Counted from the first letter of the stretch, positions 9,807-18,728 are shown. The stretch is DNA of 45,039 bases from Pseudonocardiaceae bacterium (GCA_036505275.1 DASXTS010000392.1:1-45039); one strand, 5' to 3'. The notes: generated by a model from the sequence alone, not told the origin. Translations and numbers: made by a program.

Positions 9807-10834
9807 GGTTGCACCACCTGTATCCCTTCTCCGGTTCCGGACGCCACGACGACGGTGCCGGTGGCATCGTCGACGGCCACCGCGTTCGGCTGGCGTACGG
9901 TCGACAGTCGGTACCGTTCGACCGGCTCACCGCCGGCCACGTCGAAGCCCACCACCTCGTTGCGCTCGGTGAGCGTGACCCAGGCCAGGTCGCGCGTCCG
10001 GTCGTAGGCGATGGCGTACGGCGCGCCCGGTACCGGATAGCGCTGCCGCATGATCAAGGGTTCGGCGCTGAACGCGAGCAGCTCACCGTCGCGGGTGTCG
10101 GTCACGAGCACCCGGCCGTACCGGTCGCCGACGGCGTTGGCGGCGCCATTGCCGGCCCGCAGGCCGGGGCCGAGCCGCCCGCTCGCCGGGTCGACGGTGA
10201 GCAGCGCGGTGCGTGACCGGTCCAGCACGGCGGCCCGCTCGCCGACCGCGACCACGTCGGCGGCGCCGGCGAAGCCCGTCACTGTCCGGGTGACGGTGTC
10301 ACCGTCCAGCACCAGGACCCGGTCGTCCAGCGCCACCACGGTCGCCGCCCCGACCACGGCAGCGGCCACCGGCGCCCCGGTGACCCTCGTGCTGTGCACC
10401 GTCGGCTCGGCACTCTGGCCAGCACGGATGTCGATGCGCAGCAGCTCACCGGTGGATCGCACGGGGGCGAGTAGCTCGCCGCCGGCGCCGAGGGTGAGGC
10501 GCGCCACCGCGCCGGGCAGGGCCACCATGCGGGGTGCGGCGTCCGGCAGGTCAAGGTCGTAGAGCAGCAGGCGGTCCGGCTCTGTTGCGGCGGCGGCGAG
10601 GGTGCGGGTCGCCGGGTCCACCACGGCGGCGGTGACCGCTGCGTCGAGCGGGAGCACCTGGCCGGTGGGCAGGCCGGCGCGCGGGGGCGACGAGGCTGGG
10701 GTTGCGGCCGACTGGGCGTCGGCCCCGCGAACCGGGTCGGCGTCCGTCCCGTCCGCGCACCCGGCGCATGCCACCGCGGCACCGACGAACGCCACCGCGG
10801 CGGCCCGTGCCGCCGGTCGGCCTAGACCCGGCAA
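9803..10834 (-). CDS. LppL-like secreted or lipid-anchored beta-propeller protein
   Basis: The N-terminal signal ends in ..AAVACAGCADG (lipobox-like). The repetitive body, rich in V, D and G, fits a beta-propeller. Its position beside uppP matches mycobacterial lppL. Confidence 0.6.
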   Translation of the reverse strand: MPGLGRPAARAAAVAFVGAAVACAGCADGTDADPVRGADAQSAATPASSPPRAGLPTGQVLPLDAAVTAAVVDPATRTLAAAATEPDRLLLYDLDLPDAAPRMVALPGAVARLTLGAGGELLAPVRSTGELLRIDIRAGQSAEPTVHSTRVTGAPVAAAVVGAATVVALDDRVLVLDGDTVTRTVTGFAGAADVVAVGERAAVLDRSRTALLTVDPASGRLGPGLRAGNGAANAVGDRYGRVLVTDTRDGELLAFSAEPLIMRQRYPVPGAPYAIAYDRTRDLAWVTLTERNEVVGFDVAGGEPVERYRLSTVRQPNAVAVDDATGTVVVASGTGEGIQVVQP

Positions 10835-11064
10835 ATGTCCTCCTCGCCGCCTGCCCGCTACTGCCGCCGTGCGGCGGTGTACGAGTTTCTACCCCCAGCA
10901 TTCCGGAAGAACGCGCCCAGGTCACGGAATCCGCATAACCGGCCCGTCACCTTGTCGTCATTTCGTGGACAGCGAGCGACTGTGAGCGACAGCACGGCCC
11001 GGAGTGAGCACATGCAGTTACCGTTGAAAGGTTGCGACAAGCACCTGCGAAGGAGGCACCACCG

Positions 11065-11433
11065 ATGCCGAACACCCGCACCACCGGCGCGCTCCGGGTC
11101 GAGCTGCTGGCCACCGGGCCGAACGCGCACGGCTATGGCCGTGTGGCGGACGGCCGCACCTTTGCGTTCCGGGTACGTAACCGCAAGGCGCGGATGGAGA
11201 TCTACCGGGCGGACGCCGACGGCGCTGAGCCGATGCCGGAGGACGTCGAGCTGGTTGCCGAGCTGTCCACCGGACGGGTGAACCTCCACAGCGACCGAAG
11301 TCTCAAGGTGCTGCTGCGCACGCTGGTGGCGGCGGCCGAGCCGGGGCACGAGGCGCCCGAGCGCACCCTGCGTGGCTACCTGGGCCGGTTGGACGCCATG
11401 CTGGACGGCTGGGCGGAGGCGCTGGCCGGCTGA
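11065..11433 (+). CDS. hypothetical protein
   Basis: A strong AAGGAGG lies 8 nt upstream of ATG 11065, and the codon bias looks coding. I recognise no motif. Confidence 0.5.
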   Translation: MPNTRTTGALRVELLATGPNAHGYGRVADGRTFAFRVRNRKARMEIYRADADGAEPMPEDVELVAELSTGRVNLHSDRSLKVLLRTLVAAAEPGHEAPERTLRGYLGRLDAMLDGWAEALAG

Positions 11434-11448
11434 GCGCTGGCCGGCTGA
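11419..11448 (+). repeat. tandem duplication, 2 x 15 bp GCGCTGGCCGGCTGA (last four codons plus the stop)
   Basis: Read directly from the sequence: gcg ctg gcc ggc tga | gcg ctg gcc ggc tga. Confidence 0.9.
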
Positions 11449-11469
11449 GCGCGCCGCGCTACGGCGCGC
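11449..11469. terminator. GC hairpin between convergent genes (GCGCGCCG-cgcta-CGGCGCGC)
   Basis: Perfect 8-bp stem with a 5-nt loop. The loop contains the aldo/keto reductase stop codon. There is no U-tract. Confidence 0.35.
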
Positions 11470-12406
11470 TGACGTCATCCAGGGCCGACCGGATCGCCGC
11501 CGGCAGGTCCAGCTCCTCCGCGGCCAGCGAGCCGGCCAGCTGGGCGGCGTCCCGGGCGCCGACCACGGGTGACACCACGCCCGGCCGGTCCCGCACCCAG
11601 GCCAGCGCCACCGCCAGCGGCGAGGTGCCCAGGCCGTCGGCCGCGGTGACCACGGCCTGCACCACCCGGGCGGCCCGCTCCGTACGGTGGTGCTCGACGT
11701 ATCCGGCGTAGCGGGTGGACGCCGCGCGGGAGTCCGACGGCGTGCCGTGCCGGTACTTGCCGGTGAGCACGCCGCGGCCGAGCGGCGCCCAGGCCAGCAG
11801 TCCCATCCCGTGGTGGCCGGCCGCGGCCAGCACGCCGCCCTCGACGCGGCGCTCCAGCAGGGAGTACTCCGACTGCACCGAGACCAGCGGCGAACGGCCG
11901 GGCCACGCGCGCTGCCAGGCGGCCGCCGTGCCGAGCTGCCAGCCGCGGTAGTTGCACACCCCCACGTAACGGACCCGGCCGCTGGCCACCGCGGTGTCCA
12001 GCGCGGCCAGGGTTTCCTCGATGGGCACCACCGGGTCCCAGGCGTGCAACTGCCACAGGTCGACGTGGTCGACGCCGAGCCGGCGCAGCGAGCCGTCCAA
12101 CGCCGCCAGCAGTGCGCCCCGAGAGGCGCCACCGCCGAACGGCCCGCCGTCGCGCCGAGCCACCGCCTTCGTCGCCAGCACCACCGCGTCCCGCGGCACC
12201 ACGTCGCGCAGCAGGTCGCCGAGCATCTCCTCCGACGCGCCGCCGGCGTACACGTCGGCGATGTCCACCAAAGTGCCGCCGGCGTCGACGAACGCGGTGA
12301 GCTGGGCGGCGGCCTCGTCGCCGTCGGTATCGGTGCCCCAGGTCATGGTGCCCAGCGCCAATCGGGACACCCGCAGCCCGCTGCGTCCCAGATGTCGCTG
12401 CTCCAC
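11459..12406 (-). CDS. aldo/keto reductase
   Basis: The family N-terminus VEQRHLGRSGLRVSRLALGTMTWG begins at GTG 12406. TAGGGT lies 8 nt upstream, so the gene is probably leaderless. The track ORF runs to 12499. Confidence 0.85.
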   Translation of the reverse strand: MEQRHLGRSGLRVSRLALGTMTWGTDTDGDEAAAQLTAFVDAGGTLVDIADVYAGGASEEMLGDLLRDVVPRDAVVLATKAVARRDGGPFGGGASRGALLAALDGSLRRLGVDHVDLWQLHAWDPVVPIEETLAALDTAVASGRVRYVGVCNYRGWQLGTAAAWQRAWPGRSPLVSVQSEYSLLERRVEGGVLAAAGHHGMGLLAWAPLGRGVLTGKYRHGTPSDSRAASTRYAGYVEHHRTERAARVVQAVVTAADGLGTSPLAVALAWVRDRPGVVSPVVGARDAAQLAGSLAAEELDLPAAIRSALDDVSAP

Positions 12407-12414
12407 GGCGGCCA

Positions 12415-12420
12415 ACCCTA
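12415..12420 (-). promoter_or_regulatory. -10 hexamer TAGGGT for the leaderless aldo/keto reductase gene
   Basis: TAnnnT lies 8 nt upstream of GTG 12406. Confidence 0.35.
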
Positions 12421-12517
12421 CGGTGCTGGTCGGGGCGGCCACCGTCGGGTGATCGCCGCGCGGTCCGCTACGGTGACCCGCCGTGCGGTGGGGAGACAAT
12501 TGGCGGGGAGATGATCA

Positions 12518-13351
12518 GTGAGCTGGCTGCAGGCGTTGGTGCTCGGGTTGGTCCAGGGCCTGACCGAGTTCCTGCCCATCTCCTCGTCAGGCCACCTGCG
12601 GATCGTGTCCGAGATCTTTTTCGGTGACGACGCCGGGGCCTCGTTCACGGCGGTTACCCAGCTCGGCACCGAGGCGGCGGTGCTGATCTACTTCGCACGC
12701 GACATCGGCCGGCTGGCGCTGGCGTGGTTCCGCGGCCTGATCAATCCGGTGATCCGGCGCACCGACGAGCACCGAATCGCCTGGTTGGTGATCATCGGCA
12801 CGTTGCCGATCCTGGTGCTCGGGTACCTGCTGCGGGATGCCATCCGGGTGCCGGCCCGCAACCTGTGGCTGATCTCCGCGATGCTCATCGGGTTCGGACT
12901 GGTGCTGGCCGCCGCCGAGCGCTGGGGACGGCAGAAGCGCACCGTCGGAGAACTCACCGTGCGCGACGGCGTGCTGATGGGCCTGGCCCAGTCGCTGGCC
13001 CTGGCGCCGGGGGTGTCCCGCTCGGGGGCCACCATCAGCGCGGGCCTGTTCGTCGGGCTGACCAGAGAAGCGGCCACCAGGTACTCGTTCCTGCTGGCCA
13101 TCCCCGCGGTGGTGGCCGCCGGCCTGTTCAGCATCCCCGACGTCATGGACCGCGGCGGGCCGGGGCCGCAGCCCACGGTCGCCCAGATGGTGGTCGCCAC
13201 CGCGGTCGCGTTCGCCGTGGGCTATGCCGCCATCGCCTGGCTGCTGCGCTGGGTGGCGCACCACACCGTGTACGTGTTCGTGGCGTACCGCATCGCGCTC
13301 GGCTGCCTGGTGCTGGCCTTGTTGACCACCGGCGTGATCAGCGCCACCTGA
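12518..13351 (+). CDS. uppP: undecaprenyl-diphosphate phosphatase
   Basis: BacA/UppP N-terminal motif [14 protein letters not shown] in an eight-TM-like hydrophobic protein. GGGGAG lies 7 nt upstream of the GTG. Confidence 0.9.
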   Translation: MSWLQALVLGLVQGLTEFLPISSSGHLRIVSEIFFGDDAGASFTAVTQLGTEAAVLIYFARDIGRLALAWFRGLINPVIRRTDEHRIAWLVIIGTLPILVLGYLLRDAIRVPARNLWLISAMLIGFGLVLAAAERWGRQKRTVGELTVRDGVLMGLAQSLALAPGVSRSGATISAGLFVGLTREAATRYSFLLAIPAVVAAGLFSIPDVMDRGGPGPQPTVAQMVVATAVAFAVGYAAIAWLLRWVAHHTVYVFVAYRIALGCLVLALLTTGVISAT

Positions 13352-13364
13352 CCCAGGTCCGCCG

Positions 13365-13370
13365 TAGGCT
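13365..13370 (+). promoter_or_regulatory. -10 hexamer TAGGCT for the leaderless phosphomutase gene
   Basis: ccgTAGGCT-gcattcc-GTG, giving a 7-nt spacer to GTG 13378. Confidence 0.45.
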
Positions 13371-13377
13371 GCATTCC

Positions 13378-14094
13378 GTGGGCACCGTCATCCTGCTCCG
13401 GCACGCGCGGTCGACGGCGAACCAGTCCGGCGTGCTGGCCGGGCGGACGCCCGGCATCGGGCTGGACGAGCACGGCGTGGTCCAGGCGCAGGCCCTGGTG
13501 GCCCGGCTGGCCCCGGTGCCGCTTGCAGCAGTGGTGAGCTCCCCGGCACAGCGGTGCGTGGAGACGATCACGCCGCTGGTCACGGCGCGGGGGGTCGAGC
13601 CGAGTCTGGACGACCGGCTGGCCGAGGTGGACTACGGCCAGTGGACCTCGCAGCCGCTGCGCAGCCTGGTCAAGCACCCGCTGTGGAAGGTGGTGCAACT
13701 GCATCCGTCGGCGGCGGTGTTCCCCGACGGGGAGGGCCTGGCCGAGGTGCAGGCCCGTGCCGTCGCGGCCGTGCGGGAGTGGGACGCCAAGATCGCCGCA
13801 GGGCACGGCGCCGACGTGGTCTGGCTGGCCTGCAGCCACGGCGACGTGATCAAGGCCATCCTCGCCGACGCGCTCGGCCTGCACCTCGACTCCTTCCAGC
13901 GGATCATGATCGATCCCGGCTCGCTCAGCGTGGTGCACTACACCGAGACCCGCCCGTTCGTCTGGCGCACCAACGACTCGGGCGGGGAGCTGGCCGATCT
14001 CGCACCCCGGCCCAAGCGGCGACGGCGCCGCCCTCCGCGGCCGGCGTCCGACGCGGTAGTCGGCGGCGCAGTCGGTGGCCCTGTCGGCGCGTGA
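13378..14094 (+). CDS. histidine phosphatase family protein (MSMEG_4193-type putative phosphomutase)
   Basis: LLRHARSTAN (RHG motif) at the N-terminus and SHGDVIK later in the protein. The position next to the DUF3090/PI-kinase-like genes also fits. The track ORF (12724) starts far too early. Confidence 0.8.
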   Translation: MGTVILLRHARSTANQSGVLAGRTPGIGLDEHGVVQAQALVARLAPVPLAAVVSSPAQRCVETITPLVTARGVEPSLDDRLAEVDYGQWTSQPLRSLVKHPLWKVVQLHPSAAVFPDGEGLAEVQARAVAAVREWDAKIAAGHGADVVWLACSHGDVIKAILADALGLHLDSFQRIMIDPGSLSVVHYTETRPFVWRTNDSGGELADLAPRPKRRRRRPPRPASDAVVGGAVGGPVGA

Positions 14095-14226
14095 ATCCGG
14101 ACATTCTCGTCCGGAAATCGGCCGCGTGGCGGGGCGGCCTGCGGCCGCTGACCTGTCAAAATTGGCTCGGTCCGCGGCCCCACCGCAGGCCGACGGTCAT
14201 AGACTGGCCGGGCGCCGCGGTCCGCG

Positions 14227-15264
14227 ATGATCGCCAGAGTGTCGCCGATCGATGTGGAGGGTGTGCGTGGTCCACCTTTCTCTGGTCGCCAACCGCAGGC
14301 GGGTGCGGGTGTGACCGCGGTGTCGGACGTGGCGTACAGCGTCAGGCCCGGATGGGGCGGAGTGCCGTTCGTGGTGCAGATCGTGCTGGAACAGCGCCTC
14401 GGCACCACGGTGGTCAACGCCGTGTCGCAGACCAGCGGGTTCGCCGCCGGGTTGGCGTCGAGGCTGGAGCTGGCCGACGGCGGCCGGGTGTTCGTCAAGG
14501 GTGTGCCGGCGGACCACCCGATGATCCCCAGCTACCACGCGGAGGCCTATGCGGCCAGTGGACTGCCGGAAGGAACCCCCGCGCCACTGCTGCTGGGCAC
14601 CGTTGACGACGAGTGGTTCCTGCTGGTGTTCGAGGACGTCGAGGGCCGCCACCCTGACCTGAGGCCCGGCTCGACGGACCTGCCCGCACTGCTGCGTGCG
14701 GTGGACACCACGCGGGCGCTGCTCACCCCGTGTCCGCTGTCAGCGCTGCGCACGGCGGACGCGGCGCTCGGCGCGCAGCTGTCCGGATGGGCGCATCTGC
14801 ACCAGTGGCAACCGCACGACCTGGACCGCTGGGCCCGGCGCAACCTCGACAAGCTGGTCGCCATGGAAAGCGCGTGGCGCCCCTGGTCGGCCGGGGACAC
14901 CATGCTGCACATGGACCTTCGGCCGGACAACGTCCTGATCCTGCCGGAGGACGCGGCCGCGGCGCTGGTCGACTGGGCGCACGCCATGCGCGGCGCACCC
15001 TGGCTGGAGCTGGCCAACCTGGTACCGCATCTGATCATCGGCGGGCACTCGCCGGCCGAGGCCGAGCTGGCCGTGCTGCATGGACCGGCGGTGGCTCGGG
15101 TGCCGGCCTGGGCGATCACCGGGTTCGCCGCCGCGGTCGCCGGCTACTGGGCGGCGGCCAGCCGACAGCCGTCCCCGCCGGGCGCGTACGGGCTGCGGGC
15201 GTTTCAGGCCACCGCGGCCGCGGCCGCCCTGACGTGGGTCGCCCACCGAACGAGGTGGCCATAA
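14227..15264 (+). CDS. aminoglycoside-phosphotransferase-fold (APH/ChoK-like) kinase; the start is uncertain
   Basis: Catalytic-loop LHMDLRPDNVLI (HxDxxxxN) followed by LVDWAHA. The start could be any of several ATG/GTG codons between 14227 and 14330. Confidence 0.7.
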   Translation: MIARVSPIDVEGVRGPPFSGRQPQAGAGVTAVSDVAYSVRPGWGGVPFVVQIVLEQRLGTTVVNAVSQTSGFAAGLASRLELADGGRVFVKGVPADHPMIPSYHAEAYAASGLPEGTPAPLLLGTVDDEWFLLVFEDVEGRHPDLRPGSTDLPALLRAVDTTRALLTPCPLSALRTADAALGAQLSGWAHLHQWQPHDLDRWARRNLDKLVAMESAWRPWSAGDTMLHMDLRPDNVLILPEDAAAALVDWAHAMRGAPWLELANLVPHLIIGGHSPAEAELAVLHGPAVARVPAWAITGFAAAVAGYWAAASRQPSPPGAYGLRAFQATAAAAALTWVAHRTRWP

Positions 15265-15317
15265 CCGCTACTTGCTCAGTGCATGCCGGCGGGTCGTGGC
15301 CTAGTGTCGAAGATGTC

Positions 15318-15884
15318 ATGCCCCGAGTGATTCACATCTTCCGCCAGCCCGACCGGTTCATCGCAGGGACCGTCGGGGAACCGGGCGACCGATCCTTCTA
15401 CCTGCAGGCCGTCGAGGACGCCCGCACGGTGAGCGTACTGCTGGAGAAACAGCAGGTCGCAGTGCTCGCCGAGCGGCTGGCCGCGCTGCTGGACGAGGTG
15501 CACCGCCGGTTCGGCGCCGAGGTGCCGTCCAGCCCGCCCGACGAGCAGGTGGACGTCGAGCCGCTCGCCGTGCCGGTCGAGGAGGAGTTCAGGGTCGGCA
15601 CCATGGGGCTCGGCTGGGACGCCGAGAGCCGCTCCGTCGTCGTCGAGCTGCTCGCCGTCACCGAGGAGGAGATCGACGAGTCGGTGGTGCTGGACGACAC
15701 CGAGGAGGGCCCGGACGCGGTGCGGGTGTTCCTCACCCCCGTGCAGGCGCGCGCGTTCGCCGTGCGGGCCGAGCAGGTGGTGACGGCCGGCCGTCCACCC
15801 TGCCCGTTGTGCGCCGAGCCGCTGGACCCCGAGGGGCACATCTGCCCGCGGCAGAACGGCTACCGCCGGATCATCGCGACCTGA
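15318..15884 (+). CDS. DUF3090 domain protein
   Basis: N-terminus FxAGTVGEPGxRxFYLQA and a C-terminal CPLCxxPLDPxGHxCPRxNGY zinc-ribbon-like motif. Start at ATG 15318, not the track's 14730. Confidence 0.8.
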   Translation: MPRVIHIFRQPDRFIAGTVGEPGDRSFYLQAVEDARTVSVLLEKQQVAVLAERLAALLDEVHRRFGAEVPSSPPDEQVDVEPLAVPVEEEFRVGTMGLGWDAESRSVVVELLAVTEEEIDESVVLDDTEEGPDAVRVFLTPVQARAFAVRAEQVVTAGRPPCPLCAEPLDPEGHICPRQNGYRRIIAT

Positions 15885-15890
15885 GCCCCG

Positions 15891-16688
15891 ATGCTGCCAA
15901 CCGACCCGGCAGCCGTGGAGCTGCTCACCGAGGGCCGGATCGAGGTTGCCGGCCGCCTGGTGGATGCCTCGAACGCCACGCTCTACGGCACGGTGACGCA
16001 CGATGGCCTGTGCGCGGAGTGCGTGTACAAGCCGATCCGCGGCGAGCGGCCGCTGTGGGACTTCCCGGACGGCACGTTGGCCGGCCGCGAGCTGGCCAGC
16101 TACCTCATCTGCCGGGCCCTCGGCTGGTCGCTGGTGCCGCCGACGGTGCTTCGTCCGGGTCCATTCGGACCGGGCATGGTGCAGCTCTGGGTGGACGCCA
16201 CCCCGGAGCACGACCTGGTCGACGTCGTGTCTACGGACCGGGTGCCGGACGGCTGGCGGAAGGTGCTGCGGGCCCGCGATCGCTACGGCGATCCGGCGAT
16301 GCTGGTGCACGCCGACCACCCGGATCTCAAGCGGATGGCGGCGCTGGACGTGGTGATCAACAATGCCGACCGCAAGGGCGGGCACGTGCTGCGCGGCCCG
16401 GACGGCCAGGTGTACGGCGTGGATCACGGCATTTGCCTGCACCACGAGGACAAGCTGCGCACCGTCCTGTGGGGTTGGCACGGCGATTCACTGCCGGACG
16501 ACGTGGTGGATGCCCTGCGCGGGCTACGAGCGGCCCTGACCGGTGGCCCGCTGGCCGAGGAGCTGGCCCGGCATCTCACCCGCAAGGAGCGCAGCGCGCT
16601 GGCCGATCGCACGAACCGGCTGCTCACCGACACGCGCTTTCCCGGTCCCTCCGGTGACTGGCCGGCCATCCCGTGGCCGGCGTTCTGA
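15891..16688 (+). CDS. SCO1664 family protein (PI3/PI4-kinase-like fold)
   Basis: Catalytic-loop-like NNADRKGGH and DHG motifs. The gene lies immediately downstream of DUF3090. Confidence 0.8.
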   Translation: MLPTDPAAVELLTEGRIEVAGRLVDASNATLYGTVTHDGLCAECVYKPIRGERPLWDFPDGTLAGRELASYLICRALGWSLVPPTVLRPGPFGPGMVQLWVDATPEHDLVDVVSTDRVPDGWRKVLRARDRYGDPAMLVHADHPDLKRMAALDVVINNADRKGGHVLRGPDGQVYGVDHGICLHHEDKLRTVLWGWHGDSLPDDVVDALRGLRAALTGGPLAEELARHLTRKERSALADRTNRLLTDTRFPGPSGDWPAIPWPAF

Positions 16689-16696
16689 GCCCGAAC

Positions 16697-16729
16697 GAGC
16701 CCCGACTGAGCCCCGACTGAGCCCCGACG
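16697..16729 (+). repeat. 3 x 11 bp tandem repeat GAGCCCCGACT, with a degenerate fourth unit at 16687-16696, just after the stop codon
   Basis: Read directly: tgagcccgaac gagccccgact gagccccgact gagccccgacg. Confidence 0.85.
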
Positions 16730-16749
16730 CCGCTGACGCCCGAACGCCG

Positions 16750-18687
16750 CTAGCCCGTCCTGCGGGTGGTGGGTTCCGGCCCGGGGTCGGGCCGGGACCG
16801 CTCCGGCTGCGCCGCCCGCTCGGCCCTGATGACCGCCATCACCGCATTGATCAGCGCGAGGTGGGTGAATGCCTGCGGGAAGTTGCCGAGGTGGCGGCCG
16901 GTGTCCGGGTCGATCTCCTCCGCGTAGAGCTGCAGCGGGCTGGCGTAGGACAGCAGCTTTTCGCAGAGCCCCCTGGCGCGGTCCAGCTCACCGATCAGCA
17001 CCAGCGCCGAGACCAGCCAGAACGAGCAGATGGTGAACGTGCCCTCCTCGCCGTGCAAGCCGTCCTCGGTCTCGCCGACGCGGTAGCGCAGCACCAGACC
17101 GTCCTCGGTCAGCTCGTCCGCGACGGCCAGCACGGTGGCGCGGACCCGAGGGTCGCCGCCGGGCAGGAAGCCGAGCAACGGGATGAGCAGGACCGACGCG
17201 TCGAGCGCCCTGGTGCCGTAGTGCTGCACGAATACGCCCCGCTCGTCGACGGCATTGGCCAGCACGTCGGCCTTGATCTCGTCGGCGGCCTCCCGCCACA
17301 GCCTGGCGAGCTTGAGCTCGTCGCGGCCGGCGGCCAGCCGCGCGCCGGAGTCGGCGGCCATCCAGCAGGCCACCTTGGACGAGGTGAAGTGCTGCGGGCC
17401 GGACCGCACCTCCCAGATGCCCTGGTCCGGGTAACGCCAGCGCTCCAGCGCCCGCTCGACCAGGGTCTGGACGATCATCCACAGCCGGTCGTCGATGCGC
17501 TGGTGGGCACGGGTGTAGAGATCGATGGCGCCCACCACGGAACCCCACACGTCGTGCTGTTGCTGCTCGTACGCCGCATTGCCGATGCGCACCGGCCGGG
17601 CGCCCTGGTAGCCGGACAGATGATCCAGGGTGCGCTCCTCCAGCACCCGCTCGCCGTCCAGCCCGTACATGATCTGCAGATCGCCGCGCTCGGCCCTGGC
17701 CACATCGGAGACGAAGCAGAAGAAGTCGTTGGCCTCCCAGTCGTAGCCGAGGGTGTACATCGCCCACAGGGTGAACGTGGCGTCCCGGATCCAGGTGTAG
17801 CGGTAGTCCCAGTTGCGCTCGCCGCCGGGGGTCTCCGGCAGCGAGGTGGTGGCTGCGGCGACGACGGCGCCGGTCGGCGCGAAGGTGAGCCCCTTCAGGG
17901 TGAGCGCGCTGCGCTGCAGGAACCCGCGCCACGGGTGGTCCGGGAAGTGGCCCCGGTCCAGCCAATGCTGCCAGTGGTGGCAGGTCCAGCGCAGCCGGGC
18001 CGCCGCCTCCTGCGCGGTACGGGGCGGCGCGTGCTCGCTCCAGGACAGCGCAACGAACCGCGTCTCGCCCTCCTTGAGCAGGGTGCGGGCGGTGGCCTGC
18101 GGCCCCTCGAACCCGACGGCGAGGTCGGTGGTCAGCCGCAGCGGCCGGTCGATCTCCGGCGCGGCGGCCAGCGCCTCGTGGTAGCCGTCGCCGACGTACT
18201 CCCATCGGGCCTGCTTGCGGCCGTAGTCGAACACCGGGGTGCAGTCCAGCCGCACCTGCACCGCGCCGTTGACGCAGCGCACCATGCGCAGCAGCACGTG
18301 GTCGGCGTCGTAGTCGGTCGGCGCCCGCCGGTGCGTCGCCGACCGTTCGGTCTCGTGGTGCCACGGGCCCATCAGCAACGCGTCGGTGACCACGAGCCAG
18401 CCCCCGGGGGCCCACCAGCTGGTCTCCAGCACCAGGGTGCCCGGTATGTAGCGGCGCGCCGCCGGCATTTCGACACCGGTCGGGTGGATCCTGAACCAGC
18501 CAGCGTCGCGGTCCAGGATGGCGCCGAACACGCTCGGCGAGTCCATCCGGGGCATGCACAGCCACTCGATGCTGCCGCCGGGTGCGACCAGCGCGGTGGT
18601 CTCGCAGTCGGAGAGAAAGCCCAGCTCGGCGATCGGCGGGAAATGCCCCGCGCCCGACCGGTTGTCGACTGGCTCGCGGTTGGCCAT
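16750..18687 (-). CDS. glycoside hydrolase family 15 (glucoamylase/trehalase-like)
   Basis: About 645 aa with the GH15 layout, an N-terminal beta-domain followed by an (alpha/alpha)6 domain. Supporting stretches include NWDYRYTWIRDA and WGSVVGAIDLY. I prefer the start MANREPV at 18687. Confidence 0.85.
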   Translation of the reverse strand: MANREPVDNRSGAGHFPPIAELGFLSDCETTALVAPGGSIEWLCMPRMDSPSVFGAILDRDAGWFRIHPTGVEMPAARRYIPGTLVLETSWWAPGGWLVVTDALLMGPWHHETERSATHRRAPTDYDADHVLLRMVRCVNGAVQVRLDCTPVFDYGRKQARWEYVGDGYHEALAAAPEIDRPLRLTTDLAVGFEGPQATARTLLKEGETRFVALSWSEHAPPRTAQEAAARLRWTCHHWQHWLDRGHFPDHPWRGFLQRSALTLKGLTFAPTGAVVAAATTSLPETPGGERNWDYRYTWIRDATFTLWAMYTLGYDWEANDFFCFVSDVARAERGDLQIMYGLDGERVLEERTLDHLSGYQGARPVRIGNAAYEQQQHDVWGSVVGAIDLYTRAHQRIDDRLWMIVQTLVERALERWRYPDQGIWEVRSGPQHFTSSKVACWMAADSGARLAAGRDELKLARLWREAADEIKADVLANAVDERGVFVQHYGTRALDASVLLIPLLGFLPGGDPRVRATVLAVADELTEDGLVLRYRVGETEDGLHGEEGTFTICSFWLVSALVLIGELDRARGLCEKLLSYASPLQLYAEEIDPDTGRHLGNFPQAFTHLALINAVMAVIRAERAAQPERSRPDPGPEPTTRRTG

Positions 18688-18709
18688 GCGATGGATTCTT
18701 ACACCCGAC

Positions 18710-18728
18710 GGTTCGCCGACAGCGAACC
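18710..18728. promoter_or_regulatory. perfect palindrome GGTTCGC-cgaca-GCGAACC (ClgR-operator-like)
   Basis: Seen directly in the divergent spacer between the GH15 gene and the AAA+ gene. It matches the published GTTCGC-N5-GCG(AAC) ClgR box. Confidence 0.4.

Noticed and set aside
10858-12132. A 424-aa minus-strand ORF spanning ORF 11065 and part of the aldo/keto reductase gene.
   Set aside because: It is a Trp/Arg/Pro/Cys-rich alternative frame that crosses two independently supported genes and an intergenic hairpin.
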